Below, piece after piece: positions 45,919 through 56,270 of a stretch of DNA of 64,000 nucleotides; position 1 is the first letter of the stretch; each line of letters begins with the position of its first letter. The notes beneath the pieces were generated by a model. The model saw only the letters and a list, made by a program, of their open reading frames with translations, searched no databases and was not told the origin of the DNA. The position numbers and the translations under genes are program-made. Origin of the DNA: an uncultured delta proteobacterium. Lineage in GTDB: Bacteria; Desulfobacterota; Binatia; UBA9968. The stretch spans positions 352,001 through 416,000 of the forward strand of contig CAWJZV010000030.1 of assembly GCA_963847445.1 (NCBI GenBank). Direction: 5' to 3'.

Positions 45919-48212
45919 TACTTCTTCCCTCCCAGCGACACATCCACGATCGTCATCGTGTCATTGCCGAAGATGTCCACCACCTTCACCGCGATCTTCA
46001 CGCGCTTCCGTCGCCGTCTCGCGGTAGACGCGGTCAGTTCCAGCGAGCGATCCTTCTTCGTGCGGAAGCTCTGCCATTCGTTCTCGAAGATGTAGTCGCC
46101 CGTCCATTTCTCTTCCGATCTCGCCCGGGTTCAGCGCTTCGTCCTGTCGACGCGGATGATCATTCGCGCTTGCTCTCGAAATCGAAATCGACCGACCAGT
46201 AGTCGATCCAGTCCGTCCAGGTCTTCGTCAGCTTCGCGTTGTCACGACGCCGTTCTTGTCCTTGCTCACCTTGACGATCTGGCCCTTCTCCACGACGATC
46301 TTGCTGCCCTTCTCCTTGAGCGATTCGCCGCGGCGTTGGCGATGGATCCTGCGAGTAGAACACCGAGAAATCGGTAAGCTGCACCGCCACCGTGTTCCCT
46401 TGACCAGCGGCTTCACCTCGATGGCCGCCACGTCGTGGAAGACCACCTGGTTCTTCTCGACCGCCCGCTTGTCGAACACCTCGGCCGGGATGTACTTCGG
46501 CGGAATGTCGATGCCCTTTGGCTTTCGCCTCGTCCAGCACGTTGGGGAACAGGCCCATCTCGAATTCGAAGCCGAGCAGGTCCACCTTGGTGATGCGCTT
46601 CTGCCGGCATTCGAGGATGATCTCCTCGACGAACAGCCGCGTCACCGGCAGGTTGACGGGCCCGACCACCACCATCCGCCCCGCCTTCTTGCCGTGGAAG
46701 GTGGCGAAGCCCGTCGGTCTTCTCGGCCTGGTACGCCTGGAGGATCAGATCGAGAAACGCGGCTTCCTTGGCGTCGAGTTGTTGTCGCTGTTCTTCCTCG
46801 CGCAGGTTCGGGTTCACGCCGACGAATGCTGCCGTTCGTACTTGCCCAGGTTGAGGATTTCAAAGGCGCGGTAGTCCTGGCCTTCGGCCTTCAAGTTCGC
46901 GCTGCACGCCGATCAGGCGTTTGCGCGTGGTGTGTATGGCGAACTTGCCGAGATCGCTGACGATCCACTTGCGGCCCAGCTTCTCGGCCACCGCCGCCGT
47001 CGTGCCGGAGCCGCAGAAGAAATCGGCGACGATGTCGTTTTCGTTGGAGGAAGCGCTTGATGATGCGTTCGAGGAGGGCTTCGGGTTTTTGGGTTGGATA
47101 GTCCGATGTCTTTCGTAGGCTTGTGAGTTGATCGCGTGAAATATCAGCCCAAAGGTTCTGAACGGCATGCCCTTGCAGCTTCATCGAGGTATACTCTTTA
47201 GACGTGGCTCTTCCATTGTTTGGGGAAATCAATACGCCCTTCTGCGCATCAAATTCTTCCATCTTTTCTTTCGTACCGCCCAGCCGTTCGGAGGCGGACT
47301 TATATCCCTTGTACTCATAAATCAGATTCTGGCCGCTAGTGCCGGGATTAATCGATGCTCAAGTCGTGTATCTGCGCGACCGTCTTCATCGATGTTTGTG
47401 AAACGTGCTTTCGATATACTCCTCGGTATACGGCGGATCATTGTTGATTCCAGATGAAGTCATCTGATTTTGCGTAGAAAGATAAATCGTGTCGCGAATT
47501 CATTCGATTCCTGTGCCGATCATTGCGTGCGACGCGTCCGTTTCCAAACTAATCTCGATTCGTAAAATGCTTGATCTCCAAACACTTCGTCGAGCAACCT
47601 GACGAATGTAAACCGTTACTCGCCAATCGCAATGCACATAAATACTCCCATCCTCCGCCAGCAAATCGCGCATCAGGATCAGCCGTTCGTAGATCATGGC
47701 GATGAACGAATCGGCCCCTTGCCCCAGGTGTCGCGGTAGGCGATTTCTTCGAGGATGTTGGGCTTCTTGGTGAAGGTGTCGTCGCCGATTTCGATGTCCA
47801 TGCTGAAATCGGCGCCGACGTCAAAGGGCGGATCGATGTAGATGAGCTTGAGGCCGCCCTGCTTTTCGATCTCCTCGCGCAGCGGGCCGTTCTTCAGCGA
47901 TGAGAGGATGAGCTTGTTGTCGCCCCAGATGAGCTTGTTGGTCCAGCCCTTGAGCTGGCGGCCGCGCTCGTCAAAAACGCAATCCTTGTGGATCGCCGTG
48001 TCCTCTGGCTTCTTCGCGCGCGGCTCATCGACCTGCTCGATCACCTGAAACGGCAGCACGACATTGCAGACCTCGCTGGTCTTGCCGTTCCAGACCAGCT
48101 CCACCTCGCGCTTGTCGTCGAAGAGCAGGAAGCGATACTTGTCCGGCAGCGGCTTGTCGGCCTCCAGAAAGCGGATGATCTCTTGTTGTTCTTGTTCGGT
48201 CAGTCGCGGCAT
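45918..48212 (-). CDS. mod: Type III DNA methyltransferase Mod (many frameshifts)
   Basis: 'NKLIWGDN', 'IYIDPPF', '[14 protein letters not shown]', '[10 protein letters not shown]', C-term '[12 protein letters not shown]'. Confidence 0.9.
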
Positions 48213-48276
48213 GGAATTTTTCTTCTATTCAGGCGAGGGGACGCGATAAAAATATAAAACGTTTCAATCAGACGAC

Positions 48277-49032
48277 CTAAGAGCGCGTAGTGGTTTTAGG
48301 GTCGGCTGAATTGGCGTGTTCGATTTCCAGTTCCTCCTCTTTTCTAAGCGCCTGATCGAATAGGCGATCCATTTCGAAAGTTCTTTGCTGCAACCATTCC
48401 CTGTTACGATTGTAAAGCCATGATAGAATTCTATGGATTTTTCTATAGTAGCTCTCTAGCGATGTGCCAAATGCAACCCCTCTGTCTTGGGTTTCGATAA
48501 ACTCTTTTACTGGCCGAGGCCATTTTGTCCACCGTAGCAGCAGCCGCTTGTCCAAGATAGATTGTGTGAATGTCTCTTTCCCATTCGAATGGAATATGTG
48601 ATTGAAAACGGATCGTAATGAAGGAGGTAATTGCGGAGTTCTTGTAAGATCTGTGATTGAACCGAGTCAACAAACAATTCTTTTACTTTAGCATCATATT
48701 CTGTTTTGACCCCCTTCTCATCTAGCCGGTCCCGATGCACATTGCGCGTGTGATCAACCAAAGTCATTATCGCGGCACAGTAGTTGTGCAGCAACCTTAA
48801 TACAGTTCCATTAAATACTTTTCCTTTTTCTCGTTTTTGAATAGTGAATGGCCAACCCAATAGTTCCTGATGGTGCTAATAATTTTTCGTGAAAATCCTT
48901 AGATTGCGATAATTGCCAAAAAACAAATCGACACGAATAGGTTATTCTTTTGAACTCGGACAGAAGCATCATCCCATCCGAAGACAGAAATGCCTCCCTG
49001 GCAGATTTGTACTCGTCATACGCTGAAGGCAT
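48277..49032 (-). CDS. HEPN-like protein (frameshifted), cassette-borne
   Basis: 'LRLLHNYCAAIMTLVDHTR' and R-x4-H 'LRNYLLH'; AT-rich; ATG 17 nt after attC core GTT. Confidence 0.6.
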
Positions 49033-49042
49033 ACTATTTCAG

Positions 49043-49129
49043 TCGAAACGTTGTGCTCTGGGCGGGCCAGCACGGCGGCGAACAATGGTACGACGCTCCC
49101 GGTCCGTCCGCAGCAGCAAAAGGTTAGAG
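49043..49129 (-). mobile_element. Integron attC site
   Basis: Minus strand CTCTAAC-CTTTT-GCTGCTG-CGGACGGACC...GGCCCGCC-CAGAGC-ACAAC-GTTTCGA: AAC/GTT cores, 5-nt spacers, L boxes with extrahelical G. Confidence 0.75.
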
Positions 49130-49168
49130 CGCAGTTATAGGCGGTATTGCGGTAACTCAACGTTTGCT

Positions 49169-49618
49169 TCATGGCAACTTCAATACGCCTTTGGCCCAGG
49201 CGGCCAATAAGCCAGCAGAAAGCCCGGAGAAGGAAACGACCAGAGTCGATCCGCAATACTTTCGTCTCTGTTCGTCAAGTAGAGTGCGCCCTTAGCTTTC
49301 TAAAAACGCGTCCTTCTCCGGATTGATGCTTCCAGGAGATTTAATATCCAAGCATAGTGAATTTCACCCTGCGTATTCTAATGAAGACCAAACATATGAA
49401 GCGTGGTGGCTAAAGAAAATTCACGCATTTCCTCGGCACCGCTAGGCGGCGTGTGATTAATGGTCATTCCCAGATATCCTTCCTCCAAAAGAAGTGCCAG
49501 CGGATATTGATCGAGGTGGTCTTTATGACGGTCAGCCTCCAAGTCGAATCGCCCGCGAAAGAGAAACCTCTCCGCGTTTCTCGACCTCTTTCAATATTTG
49601 TAGCGCGATACCGTTCAT
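49169..49618 (-). CDS. Hypothetical cassette gene with C-terminal TM helix (frameshifted)
   Basis: 'MNGIALQILKEVEKRGEVSL..HLDQYPLALLLEEGYLG..LSAGLLAAWAKGVLKLP*' across frames; fills the space between two attC sites. Confidence 0.55.
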
Positions 49619-49625
49619 CGATGCG

Positions 49626-49720
49626 CTCTAACGTATAGCGTTTTATCCCTCAAAGCTTGGAGGCAATCAAGTCGCGGCGATCGCGCCGAAGTCGCGCCAA
49701 GGGGATAAAACGTGTTGGAC
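49626..49720 (-). mobile_element. attC-like site
   Basis: Minus strand GTCCAAC...GTTAGAG with arms CGTTTTATCCC / GGGATAAAACG; spacer geometry atypical. Confidence 0.55.
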
Positions 49721-49797
49721 TAAACCGCGGAGCAGCTGTGCAGCGTCGGTTATGGCGGGTTTTGACACGGCGCAGCCACATCGAGTGTGGCGCCTCG

Positions 49798-50155
49798 TTA
49801 ACGATGGAACGGGCTGTGGGTGAAGGTTGAGATCGGCGCCGATAGTTTTTTCTTGATGGCGACGCTGCCATGCGGCTTCAGAGTCAGTTTTGGGCAGCGC
49901 CCGACACACCCGCGCCAGGCAGGCAGTTCGACAATCACACGAGCAAGATGCGATTGAACCTGGTTCATGAAGAATCCATACAAGGCGAGATTGACAAAGC
50001 TGATAGGTCGCACCCTGTAACATTTAAACTGTTCTGAGATACCGTAAAACGGCATCACAGCCACAGCTGCCAATGTCAAAAGTAAAGATGCGATCCTAAG
50101 ATCCTAATGACTCAACCGAACAGATCGCTAAGAAATGTGCCTTAAATCGCCTCAT
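49798..50155 (-). pseudogene. Degenerate small membrane protein gene
   Basis: Broken ORF with hydrophobic 'IASLLLTLAAVAVMPFYG', same orientation as cassettes. Confidence 0.3.
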
Positions 50156-50192
50156 TCTCGTCCTGCTAAATGGTCATTGCCATAGGGAGAAG

Positions 50193-50682
50193 TTATTTCG
50201 CGAAACCATCCCATGAAGCCGCGAGTCCAAGCAGGAACGTTCCCAAGACGTAGAATAATTTGAACAGGCGATTATGGACATCTTCCGCGAGCCATCCACG
50301 AGACGCTGACTCAACCTCAGGGCCGATCTGCCACAACGTGGCGGCAAGCAACATGAATGCCCCGAACAGTTGCAGCACCATCGTAACATACGCACTCGGC
50401 GGCCCTATATAATACTGCGCAAACCTTCCCAGAAGCACCGCAGCCAGGAGTGCGACAAACACCACGCAGAATGTGCCAATGAAACCTCGCCGCATTGCGG
50501 CGGCCTGCTTTAGATTGGCTTCTGCGAACTGCGCCTCATCGAAGGGAACTGGGTGCGTAATCTTCTTGGCCTTGTGATACTCAACAGCCAGACGATTGAA
50601 GCGTCTAGGCGCAAACAGGAACAGCAGAATGGCTTTCATGCGAAATGCGAGCACATGAAGAACGGTCTCTGACTTGCGATTC
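50193..50682 (-). CDS. Hypothetical membrane protein (about 3 TM helices)
   Basis: Intact ORF with hydrophobic helices; start uncertain. Confidence 0.6.
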
Positions 50683-50689
50683 ATACTCA

Positions 50690-50787
50690 AATTTCGCTTC
50701 CCACTTTTGCAACGCACGGCTCACATTGGACGCATGGCACCCTAAAAAACTTGCAACCTCCGACGCTTGATATCCGTGCTCCAGCAC
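50690..50787 (-). pseudogene. C-terminal HTH remnant, probably of a REP-associated/IS200-like transposase
   Basis: 'EHGYQASEVASFLGCHASNVSRALQK' HTH fragment without upstream gene body. Confidence 0.45.
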
Positions 50788-50928
50788 GGAACTTCCGGGG
50801 ACATAATACCAATTTTAATTCGCGTCCAAGCTTTTCCGGCTTCTAACAAAGTTCGCGGTCTTCGTGCCCATCACCGTTTCCCAGTTGCTTCAAACCCGAT
50901 GCAGACGGAGGTCAAGCGTCGAGTGATA

Positions 50929-51168
50929 TTACGTTCTGCTTCCAGGCCCACGGGAAGTCGGTTTATTTTCTTTGGTAATCCTGATGAGAAAACGCAGCGC
51001 TTCATTCACCGCGTCCGCCGTGGGGAACGATTCTGCAACGTCGGGCTCTAGGCGGACCACCGAGCCTCCGAAACTCTTTCGACCAGGGCCCAATCGCCGC
51101 ACCGGCAAACTTTTGAGGTCGTACTCTGGCCGCAGATCATCTTTTATGTCGGGTTTACTCTTCTTCAT
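50929..51168 (-). CDS. BrnA-like antitoxin
   Basis: 'DDLRPEYDL', 'VRLEPDVAESFPTADAVNEALR'; start overlaps toxin 3' end. Confidence 0.75.
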   Translation of the reverse strand: MKKSKPDIKDDLRPEYDLKSLPVRRLGPGRKSFGGSVVRLEPDVAESFPTADAVNEALRFLIRITKENKPTSRGPGSRT

Positions 51169-51340
51169 AGGCTTTTCTCTCCGCAGCGGTAACTTCTCTG
51201 GCGCTAATTAACCGCGTAACGTTTCCTCGTTCCGTGTACGACACAATCAATAAACGAGCCGCGACTCGCCTACGATGAGAAAACGATGTTCATCTAGCGA
51301 GTGGCCTGGATCGTAAAAGTCTACGTAGAGCGGATCGTGC
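51156..51340 (-). pseudogene. BrnT (DUF497) toxin, 5'-truncated
   Basis: 'DPGHSLDEHRFLIVGES..LLIVSYTERG..RLISARE..ERKAYEE*'; N-terminal FEWD segment absent. Confidence 0.75.
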
Positions 51341-51394
51341 GAAAATTACTAATGCGCCGACTATCACGCACTCGATGAATTCTTGTCAAACGAC

Positions 51395-51478
51395 GAAGGG
51401 CGGGTTTAAAACCCGCCCCTACGCTCGGAATTCCTCTTAGGAATCATTTTGCGCCCTTTGTGCTCTTTGTGGCTAAAT
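51395..51478. repeat. GTAG-type REP plus TTTGCG-type repeat at island boundary
   Basis: GGGCGGGTTTAAAACCCGCCCCTAC palindrome. Confidence 0.65.
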
Positions 51479-51488
51479 CATCCCGTCT

Positions 51489-54327
51489 TCACTCTTCATC
51501 CTTCTTGAAATAGTACGCCTCCGGCGCCGGTTTATACGACCGCGGCAGCCAGAGCGGCCGGCGCAGGTTGTCCGGTCCTGGGGCGGGGCGGGTTTTGAGC
51601 ATCCATTTTTTGTAGACCTCGTGGGACTTGTTGGTGTCGACGAAGACATCGCCGTACTTGTCGTCGGGGCCGGGCTTGGTGATGCGCACCTTTTGATGCC
51701 AGCAGTGCTGGCCGCTGATGAAATCGGGCTGCACCGGGAAACGTCAAGTTCTGATGCACGCCGCCGTCTTGCCAGAAGATGCGCGAGGAATCGGGATCGA
51801 CGCTCTTGAACGGCTGGATGCCGTGGATCGTCCGCATCATCCATTTGCCTTCGCCCATTTGTTTCAAGTCCACCAGTGCCGTCGACCAGCGCTCGCCGCC
51901 GGCATCTTCGGCAAGCGCCAGCGGCCGAGATGGTGCGAGCAGGCGATGACGCCGGGCTTGATCCCTTCGGTGACCCAAACCTTATCGATGAAGTAGCCGA
52001 TCTCGGTATGCACTTTCAGCAGATCGCCGGTCTTCACGTCGAAGTTCTGGGCGTCTTGGAATTCAACCACAGCGGATTGCGGTTGGAGATTTCGTACAGC
52101 CACTTGGCGTTGCCCGAGCGCGTGTGAATCAACGTCGGCAAACGAAAGGTCGGCAGCAACAACATTTCGCCGGCATTGATGTCGATATTGTCCGGATGGA
52201 CATGGCTCTTGATGTAGCCGGGGATGGCATGCTCGGGCCACTTCCAATCCTTGATGGTCTTGGAAAAGAATTCGAGCTTGCGCGACGGCGTCGGAAAACC
52301 GACCACCGCTTTGCCGTCGATCTCGACGCCCAGCACCGCGCCATTTTTGGCCACGACCTTGGTCGCGGCATCGACGGTCGAGTCGGCGAGATCGGCGCTT
52401 TTCACCGCGGCTTCGTGGACTTTGTAGACGTTGTCTTCGATCAAAAACGCGCCGTACTTGCGCATGTACTCGAGCGGCTTGAGTCCCTGCTTGGCCGCCG
52501 CTTGCGGCAACCCCGGCACGCTGTTCTCGAAGATCCAGCGATAGTAGTCGTCCACCGTCATCTTCTTGCCCGGGCTCGTAGGGCGACTCAAAATACTTAC
52601 GGATGCCGAGGCTGCCGTCGGGATCGACGCGCCAGGACAGTTCGATCCAGAATTCGTCTTCCTCCCACACCTCGCCGATGCCGGCGGCTTCATGCGCCTC
52701 GTAGGTGGTGTTGAATTTCTTGCCCTGCTTCTCCAGCGCGACGCGCAAAATCGGCTGGCGAAAGCCAATCCAGCGCGCCGCCTGGGTTTCCTGGCTCATC
52801 AAGTCATGGCGCTCGGAAGCCATGGCCCATCGGCAAGACGTAATCGGCGAACCAGGCGGTCTCGCTCCAGGTCGGCGTCAAACAAGCGTGGCGCTCGACC
52901 TTGCTTTCATCCGAAAGCATCTCGATCCAACTCATGCCGTCGGGATTGGTCCACACCGGGTTGTAGACCCGGGTGAAATACATCGCCAACTTGCCGCGCC
53001 CTTCCTTGAGAAAATGCGGCAGCAAGAAAGCTCATCTCGAAAAACGCCAGCGGAAACTCTTTGGGAATCAGCAGCTCGTTCCAGACTTTCGACGGCGGCG
53101 GCATCAGCGGCGGCGCCGGGAATGAATTTATTCGCCGCATTGGGCGCGGTGCCGCCGACCGTGCCGACGGCGCCGACTAAGACGGAGAGAAATTGCAGAG
53201 CGCGGGCGACTTGCCAGCCGCCGAGGTTGCCGGCCGCGGTGTTGCGCCAGACATGGGAAGCGAACGCCGAACCGGCCTTGGCGACCTCGTGCGCCACTTC
53301 GACGATCACGGCCGGCTCGACGCCGGCTTCCTTGGCGGCGAACTCCGGCGTGTACTGGCCATAGACTTCTTTGAGCACGGCGACGAAGCTGGAAAACTTA
53401 TGCGGCTGGTCGGGATGTTCTTCGCGCAAATAATCTTCCCAGTTGACCCAGCGGCGCAAAAATTCGCGGTCGAAGAGTTCCTCCTGCAGCAAGACATTGC
53501 ACATCGCCAGCAGCACGGCGGACTCGCTGCCCGGCCAGGTCGACATCCAGTAATCCGCCTTGGACGCGGTGTTGGAAAGCCGCGTGTCGATGACGCAGAT
53601 CTTGGTGCCGGCTTCCTTGGCTTCGATGATCCGCTGCGCATGAGGATTGAAATAGTGGCCGGTCTCCAGGTGCGAACTCAGGAGCAAAATGAAACGCGCG
53701 TTGGCGTGGTCCGGCGACGGCCGGTCGATGCCGGACCAGAAGGCGTAGCCGGCGCGGGCGCCGGCGGAGCACACGTTGGTATGGCTATTGTGGCCGTCGA
53801 TGCCCCAGGAATGAAGGATGCGCTGATGGTAGAGCAACTCATGGCCGGGGCGGCCGACATGGTACATGATCTCGTTGCGCCGCTCTTCTTGCAGCGCCTT
53901 GCGCACGCGGCCGGCGATATCGTCGAGCACTTCATCCCAACTGACGCGCTCCCACTTGCCTTCGCCGCGCTTGCCGACACGCTTCAACGGATAACGAATA
54001 CGCTCGGGATCGTTGACTTGATTGAGCGTCGCCGGCCCTTTGGCGCAGTTGCGGCCGCGGCTGCCGGGATGCTCGGGATTGCCCTCGAAGCGGCGAATCT
54101 TGTTGGTGTCTTTTTCGACCACAGCAACCAGGCCGCAAGCGGCTTCGCAATTGAAGCAAATCGTCGGGATAATCCGGCAGTGCTTCTCGACCTTGCGCGG
54201 CCACTTGCGCCGTGTCGTACTCCATCCAGTCGTCCCACTTTTCCACCGGCGGATAATTGACCAAACCGTTCGGCTCCAGTTTCAAAGCATCGGGATTTAG
54301 CGGTATCGCGCGTCAGATTCACTTCAT
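51489..54327 (-). CDS. Molybdopterin (bis-MGD) oxidoreductase catalytic subunit (frameshifted)
   Basis: 'TICFNCEAAC..GNPEHPGSRGRNCAKG', 'RIRYPLKR', 'SHTNVCS', 'TPSRKLEF', 'IHTRSGN'; no Tat motif seen. Confidence 0.9.
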
Positions 54328-54393
54328 TATGTCAAATCCTTCGTCGAATCCGACTTCTGATTTCTGACTTCTGGTTCCGACTTCTGGCTTGCA

Positions 54394-55918
54394 TCAGCTC
54401 AACGGCACAGCCTGCCCGGCTCTGATCCACAGATGTTCGTACATCCACAGACCGAATAGCGCCAGCAAGGCGGCGGCGATATTCGGTATCAGCGAACTGA
54501 TCGGCCATAGCACGAGAATAATCGGCACAAGGCTGCCGAGACCGACAACGAAGAGCCAAAACGATTTCTTCAATGGCCCGCGCAACAGGATCTCGCCGGC
54601 GCGCACGGCGTCTTCGGCGCCATGCTTCATGAACAGCTCGCCGAAGATCATCGCCAGGCTCAAACACAACGAGATCACCAACAGATGGCCGAGCCAGCTG
54701 AACAACGGCAGCGTGACACCGAGCACACTGCCGATCAGCGTCAACGTCGCCGCGCCGGCGGCGATCGCTTGAATCAACAAATGCCAAAACAAGCAGCGGA
54801 CTTTGCCAAAAATCCCGGCCGCGCGCCTGGGCGAAGAGAAAAGCCGAATAGCCTGCCGAAGCCACGGCAAAGGTCGCCGTCGCCCACACCAACAGCGGAT
54901 GGATGCCGTTGCCCGTAAGGATCAATGCCAACCAGACCGACAAGAGAATGCCGAAGATCGTCAACACGTAGCCGCCCAGAACCAACCAGGAGTTAAGGTT
55001 CGGCTTGGTCAGAATGTAAAAGAAGCGGCCGGGCTTTTTGAGATCGAGCACCAGCAGCACCATGGTCGCGGCGAGAAAAATCAACGAGACCAGCGGACTG
55101 ACCAAACTCAACACGCCGGCGTCCTGCTCGAAGCCCATGTTCAAAAACAGCGCCGACAACAGCAGCACGCCGGCGGATATCGATTTGGTCCACAGATAAG
55201 ACGCGATCTTCTTACCCCAAGGCGTCGCATGGGGCACGTCGTAGACTTCCCGCGCCGCGCCCGGAGTGGAGCGCTCGCCGTCACGCATCTTGAGAGCGTA
55301 GAGATCTTCACCGGGCGCCTTGTCGGCCCAGAAGTGGCTCTCCTGCGGCTCCATCATGGTCGGATTCAACAGATCGCCGTCGACGCCGGCATAGAAAAGT
55401 TTCGGCTTGGTGCCCTTCTCGGCTTTGCGCACGCTGACTTTTTCCATGGCGATGCGCTTGCTGATCGTGCTGTTGGCATCGTCGAGATCGCCGGAAAGAA
55501 TCGCCTGGGTCGGGCAGACAACTTCGCAGGCCGGCTTGTAGCCCATCTCGACGCGCGAAGCATCGAAGTTGCATTTGGCCGCGGTGTTGCGCTCGGGATC
55601 GATGTAAAGCGCGTCGTAGGGGCAAGCCTGCATGCAGGATTGGCAACCGATGCAGCGCTCATTGTCGAAGTCGACGATACCGTCGGGACGGCGAAACAGC
55701 GCCACCGTCGGGCAGATCTCGATGCACGGCGCGTCGTCGCAGTGATTGCAGCGCAGCACGGCAAAATGGCGCCGGGTATCGGGATAGACGCCCTTCTCGA
55801 CGTACTTGACCCAAGTGCGGTTAACGCCCAGCGGGATGTCGTGCTCCTCTTTACAGGCCACCGTACAGGCGTGGCAGCCGATGCAGCGATGCTGATCGAT
55901 GAGAAATCCGTAACGCAT
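54394..55918 (-). CDS. 4Fe-4S dicluster domain fused to NrfD/PsrC membrane anchor (frameshift near 54790)
   Basis: 'CIGCHACTVAC', 'CNHCDDAPC', 'CIGCQSCMQACPY'; NrfD 'DLKKPGRF..NLNSWL', 'RAGQAVPLS*'. Confidence 0.9.
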
Positions 55919-56034
55919 TATAAACCTTTCCGATCAACTAACTTAACTATCTATAATGATTAAAAGTTTCGACTCTGATAGCAGGAATGTTCAGGCGGGG
56001 TCAATTGAATGGCGAAAAAATCTTAGGATTATTA

Positions 56035-56260
56035 GCGCGCAAAGAACGCAAAATAGATCCTAAGCGGAGATCCGAACGTAGGGGCGTATGGCATACGCCT
56101 TCGGGTGGCGGAGTGGCGACCGCCCGGTGACAAACTTTACGCAGACGAATCAGATTCTATTGGATAGTATCGGAGGGCAACCACAGGGGGTTGCCCCTAC
56201 AAGTCCGATTCCTTTTTGCGCACTCTGCGTTTTTTGCGGCCCGCCTTCCGATTCCGAACC
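56035..56260. repeat. Composite REP cluster with GTAG-type REPs
   Basis: GTAGGGGCGTATGGCATACGCC; GGGCAACCACAGGGGGTTGCCCCTAC; flanking CGCAAAGAACGCAAAA / TTTTGCGCACTCTGCG inverted units. Confidence 0.7.
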
Positions 56261-56270
56261 TTCTGCTATT

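Noticed and set aside
51489-54327. Selenocysteine-containing formate dehydrogenase or programmed recoding
   Set aside because: Breaks are frame shifts, not an in-frame TGA at the ligand position; the putative ligand is Cys
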